Origin: Candidatus Latescibacterota bacterium
GTDB taxonomy: Bacteria; Latescibacterota; UBA2968; UBA8231
Direction of reading: 5' to 3'
Assembly (NCBI GenBank): GCA_965217585.1
Contig: OZ244561.1
Span: forward strand, 3,072,001 to 3,136,000
Length of the DNA: 64,000 nt
A program made the position numbers and the translations under genes. How positions within the stretch are numbered: the stretch's first letter is position 1; the number at the start of each line of letters is the position of its first letter. Below the pieces are notes generated by a model that ran no database searches, was not told where the DNA came from, and was given only the letters and a program-made list of their open reading frames with translations. Shown here one piece after another: positions 9,787 to 19,586 of this stretch.

Positions 9787-10035
9787 CTACAAGCTCTTGA
9801 GCCGCACGGCCGGCAGCTTCTCCAGTCGCTGGTTGAGCGGATCGACTTCGATACCGAGGGACTCCCGAGCCGTTACCCCGAGCAACGGCTCGGTGTCTGC
9901 GTCTCCAAAAAGAACCGTGCCTCCCACGATTTCCCCCCTGAGTTCGATTCGCGCAACCGCAATGTCCATCTGGACTTCACTGCCATCGGCCAATAGGTAC
10001 GTCCGCGGTGCTTCGGGTTTGAGGCCGATGGCCAC
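9787..10035 (-). pseudogene. 5'-truncated AF0612-like aspartyl protease
   Basis: AIGLKPEAPRTYLLADGS...EPLLGVTARESLGIEVDP. The N-terminal DTG segment is missing. Confidence 0.75.
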
Positions 10036-10121
10036 CCAGCGTGGAATCGGCGACGAATAACCGGCTCCGGCACATCGTGCCCACCCTCCACTACCCTCTG
10101 CCTGACGCGGGCGATAGCCAT
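10032..10121 (-). pseudogene. Fragment of a zeta-toxin-like predicted ATPase (COG4185-type)
   Basis: MAIARVRQRVVEGGHDVPEPVIRRRFHAGW matches the RVxxGGHxVPxxxIxRR motif. The P-loop part is absent. Confidence 0.7.
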
Positions 10122-10143
10122 CCTTTTAGAAGCCGTCATCCGC

Positions 10144-11745
10144 TCACATTCCCCACACCTCGACCGGCGCGCCGCCTTCAGTTTCCTCGCGGCGATAGAC
10201 CTTGTCGTCCCACGACTTGCCCTCGCTGCGGTCAAAGAGCACGAGGTGTCCTTCCGCCGTAGCGCAGCGATCCATGTAGGCGCGCGTCTGCTCCAGCCCT
10301 TCGCGCAGCGTCTGCTCCAGCCCTCGACGCAGCACCTTGCACTCAATGACGACCTTCTGCGTCTTGCCGCGATCCCCGCCCACTGGCCATATCAGCAGCA
10401 AGTCGGTGCGCATCCGACCCAAGCCATACTCTCGCTCGATCCGGCCGCCGCTGTTCACGATGCGCTGTAAAAACGCTTGGAGTAGCAACTGCGGCCCCGC
10501 CTCCTTGTACTGGAACCGCTCCATCCAGTGCTCGGAATGCTCGCGGAAAAACTCTTGGAACGCGGCTAGGAGCTTGCCCACCTGCAGGGTGCCGTCTGCA
10601 TCGACGTACCAAGCCGGGTCGTGGTAAAAGCCTGCTTGGGTGGTGTAGGTGAGGTCGCGCGGGATCACCTCGCGGTAGATCGGGTTGGCGATGGCAATGG
10701 GATCGTCGGTACGCACGAGTCCGAGATCGCGCACGTACTGCAGATCGGCGGCAGCAAACGAGCCGGCATCATCGGCTCCTTTCAGCAGCGGCTCGACCAC
10801 CCGCCGCACCCGCTCTTCTTGCAGCTTGTCGGTGAGCTGATCCAGATGCGTCTCGCGGCGCAGGATCAACTGCTCGCGGGCGTCCTGGATGGCGTCGGTG
10901 GTGATGGACCGGCTGCGGTCACGCCCGGCCTTGTTGCCCCAGCAGGCTTCGTAGGCGAGGGCGTTCACGAGCCACGGTTGGCCTTGGGTTAGCTCCCAGA
11001 TGTCGCGTCGTGCCTCCTCGGTGAACGCTTGGCCGGTCTCCTCGGTGTGCTGCGCCAGCAGGGACTCAACCTCGGCGCGCGAGAAGTCCCCGAGGCGCAG
11101 GGATTCGGCGCGGATGTTGAACGCGCTGCCCCCGGCGATGATGGCGTTTTCTGCGGACGAGCGGATGCGGTAGTCGCGCACGTCGCGCACCCCGCACAGA
11201 ATCACGCTCTGGGGAAAGCGGCGCGGGCGCTCTGGGTAGCCAGCGCGCAATTGCCGCAGCACGGCTAGCAGGGTGTCGCCGATCAGGGCGTCAATCTCGT
11301 CGATCATCAGTACCAGCGGCTTTGGATCCGCGGCCGCCCAGCAGGCAAGGGTCTCCCCCAGCGCGTCGTTGGGGCCAGCGTCGTCGAGAATGCCGCGCCA
11401 AATGTCGGTGACAAACAAGTCATCGAGCGTGTGGCGCGCCGCACGAGCCAATGCGCTGAGTATCGCCCGCATAGCCGCGGCCACATCCTCCCGCGCCGTC
11501 TGGCCGACCTCGACGTTGACGTACACACAGCGAAACTCGCCGCTGGCGTTCAGTTCATCGCGCAGCGCTAGGAGCGCGGAGGTCTTGCCGGTCTGGCGCG
11601 GCGCGTGCAGGACGAAGTACTTTTCCTGCCGGATGAGCTGTAGGAAGTCGTCGCAGTCGAGCCGCGCTAGAGGCGATATGTGGTAGTGCATTTCCGCCTT
11701 GATGGGACCGGCGGTGTTGAAGAAACGCATGGTTGTCGTCATCAT
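10144..11745 (-). CDS. AAA-ATPase with C-terminal PD-(D/E)XK nuclease-like domain
   Basis: RFFNTAGP, Walker A APRQTGKT, Walker B IDEID, C-terminal RTDLLL...VIECK. GAGGAG RBS before ATG 11745. Confidence 0.85.
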   Translation of the reverse strand: MMTTTMRFFNTAGPIKAEMHYHISPLARLDCDDFLQLIRQEKYFVLHAPRQTGKTSALLALRDELNASGEFRCVYVNVEVGQTAREDVAAAMRAILSALARAARHTLDDLFVTDIWRGILDDAGPNDALGETLACWAAADPKPLVLMIDEIDALIGDTLLAVLRQLRAGYPERPRRFPQSVILCGVRDVRDYRIRSSAENAIIAGGSAFNIRAESLRLGDFSRAEVESLLAQHTEETGQAFTEEARRDIWELTQGQPWLVNALAYEACWGNKAGRDRSRSITTDAIQDAREQLILRRETHLDQLTDKLQEERVRRVVEPLLKGADDAGSFAAADLQYVRDLGLVRTDDPIAIANPIYREVIPRDLTYTTQAGFYHDPAWYVDADGTLQVGKLLAAFQEFFREHSEHWMERFQYKEAGPQLLLQAFLQRIVNSGGRIEREYGLGRMRTDLLLIWPVGGDRGKTQKVVIECKVLRRGLEQTLREGLEQTRAYMDRCATAEGHLVLFDRSEGKSWDDKVYRREETEGGAPVEVWGM

Positions 11746-11859
11746 GGGTTGCGACTCCTCGCTGGTGAGGGTCCTGCCGGCTGTCGGCCAACCTGTGCCG
11801 CCAAGACCGCTTACCTCAAAATTTCCCCTATGGGTTTGATTCATGCAATCGCGTCTGCG

Positions 11860-14800
11860 TTACTCGGCTGCCTCTATAACAGCCCTTGGGTTGATAATGT
11901 AGGCGATAGACTCGCGGCTCCTGACGAGGAGCTTGGCAAACGGATCGCGCACCCGCACCAAACGCGGGTGAGGCGTAGCGCAGTCGAAGACGACGTAGAG
12001 CCAGTATTCGTCGCGGAGATTGCAAGCCTTGGCCCATTCATTATCACTCATTTCAATGCCGCCGGTACCGGCCCGTCCCTTGACTTCTATGGCGCGCCGT
12101 TCCGCTCCGGCACGGCGAGAAAGCAGATCGAAGCCCGGCCAGTCGGTTAGCCCGGCGCGCCGCGCTAGTTCGGGCCGCGAAACATCCTGCACCTCAGCCC
12201 CGAAGCGCTTCTCATAATCGGTAGCCACCTCCACAGCAATGGCTTCGACATCGGCATCGTAGAGCTCAGTCTCCGCGGAATCTTGGACGGGCACCACGAG
12301 GGCGTGAACGAGGAACTCGATCTCACCGGCCTGGATGAGGTTTGGTTCGGCTTGCAGTTCGGCGAGGCGATAGTTGCGGGAAGCCGTCAAGCTCCGCTGC
12401 CGTTCCTTGACCTTGGAGAGTTCCCCTTGGGCGTAGCGATTACCATCGCGGGCCATTTCGCTAAGGCGGGATCGGGCGGCGGCGAGTTCGGCAGCCTGAA
12501 AGTCGAAGCCGCGATTGACGAACTCTAGGCGTTCGGGCAGATCGTCGAGGCGGCGCTGGCGATGGGCTTGCGCGACGCGCTCACTCACGTCCTCGCGGAT
12601 GAACTGGGCAGCATCAGCGACCATGTCGCGAGCTAAGGTAGCCAGTGGCACCCGGCTCGGCGCGAAGCCGTGGGCACCTCTGAGCAGAAGCAGATGCTCG
12701 ACTGGACATTCCTCTACAGTGCCGTTGCTCAATTGGCGCAGCCCAATCAGGCGCGATTCGAGGGGCTGCGGGGCGGTCGGCCCTGCGTTGCCTTGGCTGT
12801 GCTGTTCGACGGAAATGAGTGCGATGTGAAACAGATATGCCTCGGCTGCATAAGGGTCGATGAACACGGCACCCTTGAGCCCGTCGCGTCCGAAGCGACT
12901 CAGGATCGCGCCTGAGAGGGCGTCGAACACCGGCTCGCCGGGGTGCATCCAGACCGCGCTTTCGTGGTCAGTCGGCTTGTACACCGTCAGCCGCTCGCGC
13001 GCTTCCTCGGAATAGACCTCAAGCGCGGGCAACAAGGCATCGGCCGCGCGGGGCCGGTCGGGCACCAGCGCAAACGTGGCTCCTAAGTCGCCCTCGACGC
13101 GCAAGTCGAGCAGCGGCGCAGCTCGCTCCACAAAACGGCGCACGTATCCGGGCAGCAACCGGCGATAGTTCTCCTGCTCTGCCTCGTCGTTGAGATGCGC
13201 GAGTAGCCGACGCACCTCGCCGCCTTCCCCAAAGAGCACGCGCTCTCGCTCCGCAAGAGCTTGGACTTGTTGCTCCGTAAGGTCGCCCTCCAAGCGCTCG
13301 GCAATCCTGTCGGCATCTCCAGTGACCGCCTGCTCCAGATAGTCCCGCATAGACAGCCCCTCAAACAGCCGGCCTACCACGTCGAATACCTTATCAGATT
13401 GAAGCTGGCGACGGATCGCTTCGAGCTTGTCGAGCAGGGTCTTCAGCACCCGACCCTCGCGCGTACCGCCAGCCACCAGATTGACGATGACCACTGGATC
13501 GCGCTGCTGGCCGTAGCGATGGATGCGACCCATCCGCTGTTCGAGCCGCGCTGGATTCCAGGGAACGTCGTAGTTCACCATCAGCCAGCAGAATTGCAGA
13601 TTGATCCCCTCGCCAGCGGCGTCGGTGGCCACTAGGTAATTAGCCCCGCCTTCCGCTGCCGGTTGGCGAAAAAACTCGACTTGGCGCTCGCGCTCCTGGT
13701 AGGGAAGGCCGCCGTGGATCAGAGCAACTTGACCTGTGAAGCCGAGCCCTTCGAGCCGGCGCACCAAAAACTCCGCAGTGTCGCGGTGCTCGGTGAAGAT
13801 GATGAGCTTCTCGTCGAGGTACTGCGGATCGCTGAGCACTTCGCGCAGCTTCTCGAACTTGGATTCCTCACTAGTGTTAAACAGGTTCCGAGTCTTGTCG
13901 AGCAACGCTTCGACTGTGCGACGCTCTACCTCCAGCTCGCTGAGGTTGACCGCGATAGTGCCGCTTAGGGCTTCACCCTCGAACTCCTCGTGTTGCTCGC
14001 CTCCGTCCTCGCTTGCGGCGTCCTCATCGGCGGTCCGCGTTTCAAAGATGTCGTCGAGCTTGTCGAGGCTCCGTTGCTGGCGCACGAGCTGTTCCTCGGT
14101 AAGTCGTCCATTCCGAATGTCGTCAATCAGCCCTGCGAGCTTTTCTTGCCGACGCTCGAAGGAGCGTAAGAGGGCATAGGTGGAACTAGCGAGACGCCGC
14201 TGAAAGACGCTCATCGCCAAGCGGGCAGCGGACTGGTTCAACACTCCGGCGCAGTTGTAGTAATACCCGATGTATTCGGTCGTCTCGTCGTAGAGATTCT
14301 GTTCGCTCTCTGGCCCCTGCGAGAGCTCATAGCTCAGGGTGGCGCAGTTTCGCTGTGGATACAGCGGAGCACCATCGAAGCGGACCATCTCCTCCTTGGT
14401 CCGGCGGATGAAGTGCCTCTGCCGAGAGTCGCGGGGAAAAGTGTCGAACGCGTCGTAGGTCGAGAGCGCGTCCGGCAGCAGCAGACGCCACAGGAAATAG
14501 TAGGGATAATCCTTGCCCATGTGCGGCGTGGCCGTTAGCAACAGCAGGTGTTGGGCCGACCAAGGAAGCTCCCAGCGCTCCTCCTCTACCTCGGCACCGG
14601 CTAGGGCTTCCGCCAACTTGTACTGATCCGTCTTGCGCACCCGGAAATCTGGTTGACGATCCGCGGATAGCTTGTGCGCTTCGTCGAAGACGACGAGGTC
14701 GTAGGCGTCGGTTTGCGAGTCTTTGAGGTGGCCAAACATGCGTTCCCCGGCCAAGGTGTCGATGCTGACGATTACTTGGTCGCTCTCCGGGTCGAGGAAG

Positions 14801-15204
14801 GGATTGCCGGTGCGTGCGTCTGCGCCGCTGACGATGCGGAATGACAGGCGAAACAGGGTGCGCATTTCCCGCTCCCAGTTGCCGACCAAGCCAGCCGGCG
14901 GGACGATGAGCACGCGACGGATGAGGCGGCGGGACAGCATCTCGCGCACGTATAGGCCCGTCATGATCGTTTTGCCGGCCCCTGCGTCGTCGGCTAGCAA
15001 GAATCGCAGGGCCCCCTGTTGCAGCATCTGCTCGTACACGGCAATGCGCTGATGCGGGAGCGGGTCGATCAGCGACGTTTCTGCGGCGAACGCGGAATTA
15101 AAAAGGTGTCCATAGGCGAGACGGTGCGCCTCGGCGACGGCCGAGACAGCATCTGGGTTGGCAGCGAAGTCCATGGGCAAATCGGCTAACATAAGGGATG
15201 ACAT
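11860..15204 (-). CDS. SNF2-family helicase with C-terminal DUF3883 nuclease domain
   Basis: LADDAGAGKT, DEAH, TATPH, GEGINLQ, QRMGRIHR; C-terminal GFDLLS...IEVKG...NEW...YWLYVV. Confidence 0.92.
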   Translation of the reverse strand: MSSLMLADLPMDFAANPDAVSAVAEAHRLAYGHLFNSAFAAETSLIDPLPHQRIAVYEQMLQQGALRFLLADDAGAGKTIMTGLYVREMLSRRLIRRVLIVPPAGLVGNWEREMRTLFRLSFRIVSGADARTGNPFLDPESDQVIVSIDTLAGERMFGHLKDSQTDAYDLVVFDEAHKLSADRQPDFRVRKTDQYKLAEALAGAEVEEERWELPWSAQHLLLLTATPHMGKDYPYYFLWRLLLPDALSTYDAFDTFPRDSRQRHFIRRTKEEMVRFDGAPLYPQRNCATLSYELSQGPESEQNLYDETTEYIGYYYNCAGVLNQSAARLAMSVFQRRLASSTYALLRSFERRQEKLAGLIDDIRNGRLTEEQLVRQQRSLDKLDDIFETRTADEDAASEDGGEQHEEFEGEALSGTIAVNLSELEVERRTVEALLDKTRNLFNTSEESKFEKLREVLSDPQYLDEKLIIFTEHRDTAEFLVRRLEGLGFTGQVALIHGGLPYQERERQVEFFRQPAAEGGANYLVATDAAGEGINLQFCWLMVNYDVPWNPARLEQRMGRIHRYGQQRDPVVIVNLVAGGTREGRVLKTLLDKLEAIRRQLQSDKVFDVVGRLFEGLSMRDYLEQAVTGDADRIAERLEGDLTEQQVQALAERERVLFGEGGEVRRLLAHLNDEAEQENYRRLLPGYVRRFVERAAPLLDLRVEGDLGATFALVPDRPRAADALLPALEVYSEEARERLTVYKPTDHESAVWMHPGEPVFDALSGAILSRFGRDGLKGAVFIDPYAAEAYLFHIALISVEQHSQGNAGPTAPQPLESRLIGLRQLSNGTVEECPVEHLLLLRGAHGFAPSRVPLATLARDMVADAAQFIREDVSERVAQAHRQRRLDDLPERLEFVNRGFDFQAAELAAARSRLSEMARDGNRYAQGELSKVKERQRSLTASRNYRLAELQAEPNLIQAGEIEFLVHALVVPVQDSAETELYDADVEAIAVEVATDYEKRFGAEVQDVSRPELARRAGLTDWPGFDLLSRRAGAERRAIEVKGRAGTGGIEMSDNEWAKACNLRDEYWLYVVFDCATPHPRLVRVRDPFAKLLVRSRESIAYIINPRAVIEAAE

Positions 15205-15249
15205 GCGCCTTGCTATCTCCTCACTCAGATGCCGAAGATGACGACCCCG

Positions 15250-16065
15250 CTATTCCTTCACGGCACCAGCCGTCAGCCCCTGCGTGAAAAATCGCTGGGT
15301 GAAGAGAAAGAACAGCACCGTCGGCACCAAGGCGATGATAGAGGCCGCCGAGATGTAGCGCCAGTTGACCCCAAAGACGCCTTGGAGGCTGGCCAGTCCC
15401 AATTGCAGGGTGTACAGCTCGCGGCTTTTGAGCACCACCAGCGGCCACAGAAAATCGTTCCACTGGGCCACGAACGTGAAGGCTGCCTGCGCGGCGAGGG
15501 CTGGTTTGACTAGGGGCATCATAATGCGCGCATAGATGGTCCACGGGCCGCAGCCGTCGATGCGCGCGGCGTCCTCTAAGTCGGTGGGAATGGTGGTGAA
15601 GGCTTGGCGCAGGAGAAAGATGCCAAAGGCGTTGACCGCCACTGGCAAAATGACGCCGGCGTATGAATCCACGAGGCCCAGCTTTAAGGTGACGATAAAG
15701 AGCGGGATTAAGAGGACTTGGAACGGCACCATGGTCGTGGCCAATATGCAGTAGAAGATGGCTTGGCGTCCGCGAAATTGCATGCGGGCGAGGGCGTAGC
15801 CAGCCAGCGAACAACACGCCAAGTTGAGCAGGACCGTGGCGATGGCAATGTAGAAGGTATTAAAGAGGTAGCGCACAAACGGGAGGATGTTCCAAGCCTT
15901 GGCGAAGTTGCCCCAGACGATGGGGTCGGGAATCCACTGCGGAGGATGGGCGAACAGATCGGCCGACTCGGGTTTGAGCGCGGTGGATAGTAGCCAGGCG
16001 AAAGGAACCAGCAAGATCGCGCCAACCGCGCACAGGATCGCGTAGAGCAGAATGCGCTTGGCCAT
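15250..16065 (-). CDS. Carbohydrate ABC transporter permease (MalG-like)
   Basis: EDAARIDG motif, WNDFLWPL, transmembrane segments. Confidence 0.92.
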   Translation of the reverse strand: MAKRILLYAILCAVGAILLVPFAWLLSTALKPESADLFAHPPQWIPDPIVWGNFAKAWNILPFVRYLFNTFYIAIATVLLNLACCSLAGYALARMQFRGRQAIFYCILATTMVPFQVLLIPLFIVTLKLGLVDSYAGVILPVAVNAFGIFLLRQAFTTIPTDLEDAARIDGCGPWTIYARIMMPLVKPALAAQAAFTFVAQWNDFLWPLVVLKSRELYTLQLGLASLQGVFGVNWRYISAASIIALVPTVLFFLFTQRFFTQGLTAGAVKE

Positions 16066-16066
16066 C

Positions 16067-17026
16067 TCAATCTCCTCGGCCGGCGAGGCGAAAGTTGAGC
16101 AGGGCAAAGATCAATATGACGACCAGCAAGCACAGCGAGACGGCCGCGGCGTACCCTACTTCGAGATATTTGAACCCGAGCGTATAGATGTAATAGGCCA
16201 ATAGGTTGGTGCGGTGGAAGGGGCCGCCGCCGGTCATTACATACACTTCGCCGAAGGTGCGCAAGGCGGCGATGGTGGCGATGATGGAGACCACGAGCGT
16301 GTAGGGCTTGATCGTCGGGATGATGACGTGGCGCACGACCTGCCACCAACCGGCTCCATCGACGCGGGCGGCTTCTTTGAGTTGGGCTGGGATGCCCTGC
16401 AAGCCGGCCAGATAGATGATCATGTAGTACGGCGCGGCCTTCCACACGGTGACCATGGCCACGGCAGACAGGGCGATCGCCGGCTCGGTCAACCACGCGG
16501 ACTGGGTCTCCACGCCTAACAGGCCCAAGAACGCCTCGGGGACGCCGCGCACATCGGCCAGCCACGACGGGCCGCTGACGCCCAGCCCCTTGAGGAAGGC
16601 GTTGAGCAGGCCGTCGGCATTGTAGAGCCACTTCCAGACGATGCCAGCGACGACGATGGAGGTGACGACCGGAATGTAGTACAGGGTGCGAAACACCTTG
16701 ATCAGCCGCAGCGAGTTGTCGAGCAGGAGGGCCATAAAAAACGAGAGCACGACGAGCGCGGGCACGACGATGATCGCGTAGAGCAGGGTATTGGCCAAGA
16801 CCCGCCAAAACAGCTCGTCGCCCCAAGTGCGGCGAAAGTTGTCGAGGCCGACAAAGGTTGGCGGCGAGAAGATGTTGTAGCGGTGCAGGCTGAGATAGAG
16901 CGTGTCGAGCAAGGGATAGGCGAAGAACACGACTAGGAGTAACAGCCCGGGGGCAAGAAAAAAATAAGGTGCGTAGCGTCCGTACATGGCGTTTGGTCTC
17001 AATGGAAGCGCGACAGGTGGTTCCAC
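16067..17026 (-). CDS. Carbohydrate ABC transporter permease (MalF-like)
   Basis: FVGLDNF, EAARVDGA, MTGGGP. Confidence 0.92.
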   Translation of the reverse strand: MEPPVALPLRPNAMYGRYAPYFFLAPGLLLLVVFFAYPLLDTLYLSLHRYNIFSPPTFVGLDNFRRTWGDELFWRVLANTLLYAIIVVPALVVLSFFMALLLDNSLRLIKVFRTLYYIPVVTSIVVAGIVWKWLYNADGLLNAFLKGLGVSGPSWLADVRGVPEAFLGLLGVETQSAWLTEPAIALSAVAMVTVWKAAPYYMIIYLAGLQGIPAQLKEAARVDGAGWWQVVRHVIIPTIKPYTLVVSIIATIAALRTFGEVYVMTGGGPFHRTNLLAYYIYTLGFKYLEVGYAAAVSLCLLVVILIFALLNFRLAGRGD

Positions 17027-18252
17027 TTGGATTCGATGCGGCTCAGGGCCGCGTCCGCGCTCTGCTGGCCGGCCAATGCTTTGGCGAATTCCTCGTGGAG
17101 GATGTCCTCCATCCGGCTCCAGCTTTTGACGTCGGGCGGGGCCATGACAAAGGAGTGGGCGATGTCGGCCGCGGAAAACTGGTTGGCGGCGTCGGCCAGC
17201 GTGGCGGGCGGGCGGCGAAAATAGGGGTCGGCGGCCGCTTGGACGGTCGAGGGCAAAATGGCGACGCGGCGGCAGAATTCGAGTTGGTTGGCGTCGTTGG
17301 TGACAAACAGCCCGAAGTCAACGGCTTGCTCTACGTGGGGCGAGGCTTTGGGCACGACCAAGACTTGGTTGGTGGCCGGCACTTGGCCGAGGCGGCCGCG
17401 CGGCATGGGTGCTGGTACTGCCTTTTTGGCAAAGGAGTCGTCGAAGTAGCGGGTGATCCATCCGCCGGAAAAGGGCAGCATGGCCGCGCGGCCTTCGATG
17501 AACCAATTGACCTCGTCGCGGTGGGAGGCGGCGAGGGCCTCGGGCGGAATGATCTCTTGCTGATAGGCGTCGATCCACTTCTGTAATATGGCCTTGGCCT
17601 CGGGGTGGTTGATGCGGGTGCGGCGGGCATTGGGAACGAAGAGCGGCCAGAATCCGTCTAGACGCAACAGCGCCCAAGGCGGAGCCACGAGCGAGGGATG
17701 CAGCCGCCAAGAGACGCCGTATTTGCCGGTGCGCTCGCGGATTTGGCGGCCCATGGCGAGCATTTCGTCGATGGTGGCTGGCGGGTGCTCGGGGTCGAGG
17801 CCGGCTTGGGCGAAGAGGTCCTTGTTGTACCAGAGCATGGAGACGCCGACGTACCAAGGGATGGCGTAGTTGCTGCCTTGGAAGTAGCCGACGCCGTGCC
17901 AGAAGTTGGCGAGCCGTTTGGCCTTTGCGGCGGGCGCGACCGCCTCGTCCATGTTGACGAGGATGTCGTATTGCAGGAAGCGGGGCAGGTCGTAGATGTT
18001 GGCCAAGTCTGGGGGCGCGTCGCCGACCAAGGCGGCGAGGAACTTCTCGGCCACTTCGCCGCCGCTGACATCGACCCACTTGACTTTTACGCCGGGATGC
18101 GCCTGCTCGTACTCGGCGATCATGCCCAAGATGTAGTCGGCGAATGCATCGCCGAGGGCAATGGTCCAGAACTCGAGGGTGACGGTGGCGTCTTGGCGCG
18201 GCTCAGGGCTGCAGGATGAAAGGACGAGGAGGAGCGAAAGGGCTAATGGCAT
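16999..18252 (-). CDS. Sugar ABC transporter substrate-binding lipoprotein
   Basis: Lipobox LSSC; YAIPWY...YNKDLF...AGLDP (SBP family 1). Confidence 0.9.
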   Translation of the reverse strand: MPLALSLLLVLSSCSPEPRQDATVTLEFWTIALGDAFADYILGMIAEYEQAHPGVKVKWVDVSGGEVAEKFLAALVGDAPPDLANIYDLPRFLQYDILVNMDEAVAPAAKAKRLANFWHGVGYFQGSNYAIPWYVGVSMLWYNKDLFAQAGLDPEHPPATIDEMLAMGRQIRERTGKYGVSWRLHPSLVAPPWALLRLDGFWPLFVPNARRTRINHPEAKAILQKWIDAYQQEIIPPEALAASHRDEVNWFIEGRAAMLPFSGGWITRYFDDSFAKKAVPAPMPRGRLGQVPATNQVLVVPKASPHVEQAVDFGLFVTNDANQLEFCRRVAILPSTVQAAADPYFRRPPATLADAANQFSAADIAHSFVMAPPDVKSWSRMEDILHEEFAKALAGQQSADAALSRIESKWNHLSRFH

Positions 18253-18374
18253 GAAGGGGGTACGGGGCCTTGTCCACAGAATTAGAATTGGGCATTATCG
18301 CACGGCGCGGTCTGCTGACAAACTACGTTTGGGCGCATCTGCAAGCAATGCGCCAACCCCGAAAGGAGCTTTTC

Positions 18375-19568
18375 ATGCGTCTGTTTTTCTCCGTCCTGCT
18401 AGGCGCGGTCTTTTTCGCCTGCGCGGATAATCCGCTCGCGGAGCGAGTGGATGAATTAGAGCAGCGTCTTTCCTCAGTTGAAGCTGCTCAAGAGGAGGAC
18501 CGGCTGAGCCTGTTGGCGCGGCTCGATGCCCTCGCGGTGACGGCGGACAATGCCGAGGAGATCGGACAAGTCCGCGCCAAGCTGAATCAGACGAGTATTA
18601 CGCGGCGAGAATTTGAGGACCTGCAAGAGCGCGTGGACGAGTTGGAAGGCCAAATTGGGGATTGGAGCGGGATCGTCCATTCTTTGCAGTACTCCGTGTA
18701 CGCCGTGCTCCACGGTGTGTACAACGGCAACATAGAGGATGTGACTATCACATTCATCGGCACAAGCTTTGCCGTGGAAAGCGGTACGCTTGTCACCAAT
18801 GGACACATCATAGATGGACTGCTTGAATTGGACGGTCAAGTAGCGGCATTCAATGACAGGTATGGAACTGATCTACAGGGTACGTGGATCGTGGTGCAAA
18901 ACCTGACGACCGACCTCTCATACCAAGGAAATTTTTTCTTTATTGATACTTACTGGGCCCACCCGCAATGGGACCCTGACAATCTGAGTTCACCCGACGT
19001 AGGTACGCTGCACATCTCCGAAGGCTTCATTGGGCGGCGCGTCTCCTTGGCGACGAGCAGGGAGGTTTATCGATTGAGGGCCGGTGCCCCGATAGCGACT
19101 GTAGGATTTCCCGGGGAACTCCAAGGCGGCGAGCTGTCCCACCTTTTCCCGATTGCCACCTTTAAGAATGGCACGATCAGTGCTTTGCGTCCGCCTTTCC
19201 AAGGAGAGTCGTACACCGCGTCCGACACCTACGTCGTCCAGCACAATCTCGACCTTTCTGGCGGCACCAGCGGCAGCCCAATTTTCAATGCCTCGGGTCA
19301 AGTGGTGGCCATCAACAACGCGGGTATTGAGAATCTGGTTCTCAGCATAGGTGGCGCACCTACGCGCGTCCCACAAACCGCCTTGGGATTCGGCATTCGC
19401 GCCGACAAAATTCACGAACTGCTCGACGATGTGGGCGTAGTGGCCAAGCCGACGACGCCCGCCGATCCGAGCGGATTAGCCAGCAGCTTGGACGGACGGG
19501 ACATTAGCTCCCTCGACATTGGGACGACGCAGGAGGACTTGGCGGAGCGACTGGCCGGGATGCAGTAG
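18375..19568 (+). CDS. Trypsin-like serine protease lipoprotein with N-terminal coiled coil
   Basis: Lipobox FFAC; triad motifs TNGH, DVG, GGTSGSP. AAGGAG RBS. Confidence 0.82.
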   Translation: MRLFFSVLLGAVFFACADNPLAERVDELEQRLSSVEAAQEEDRLSLLARLDALAVTADNAEEIGQVRAKLNQTSITRREFEDLQERVDELEGQIGDWSGIVHSLQYSVYAVLHGVYNGNIEDVTITFIGTSFAVESGTLVTNGHIIDGLLELDGQVAAFNDRYGTDLQGTWIVVQNLTTDLSYQGNFFFIDTYWAHPQWDPDNLSSPDVGTLHISEGFIGRRVSLATSREVYRLRAGAPIATVGFPGELQGGELSHLFPIATFKNGTISALRPPFQGESYTASDTYVVQHNLDLSGGTSGSPIFNASGQVVAINNAGIENLVLSIGGAPTRVPQTALGFGIRADKIHELLDDVGVVAKPTTPADPSGLASSLDGRDISSLDIGTTQEDLAERLAGMQ

Positions 19569-19586
19569 GGTCAACCGGACGCCGGA

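Noticed and set aside
8528-10140. Integron cassette array as the explanation for the small-gene cluster
   Set aside because: No attC-like RYYYAAC...GTTRRRY sites and no integrase found. The junctions look like deletion fusions.
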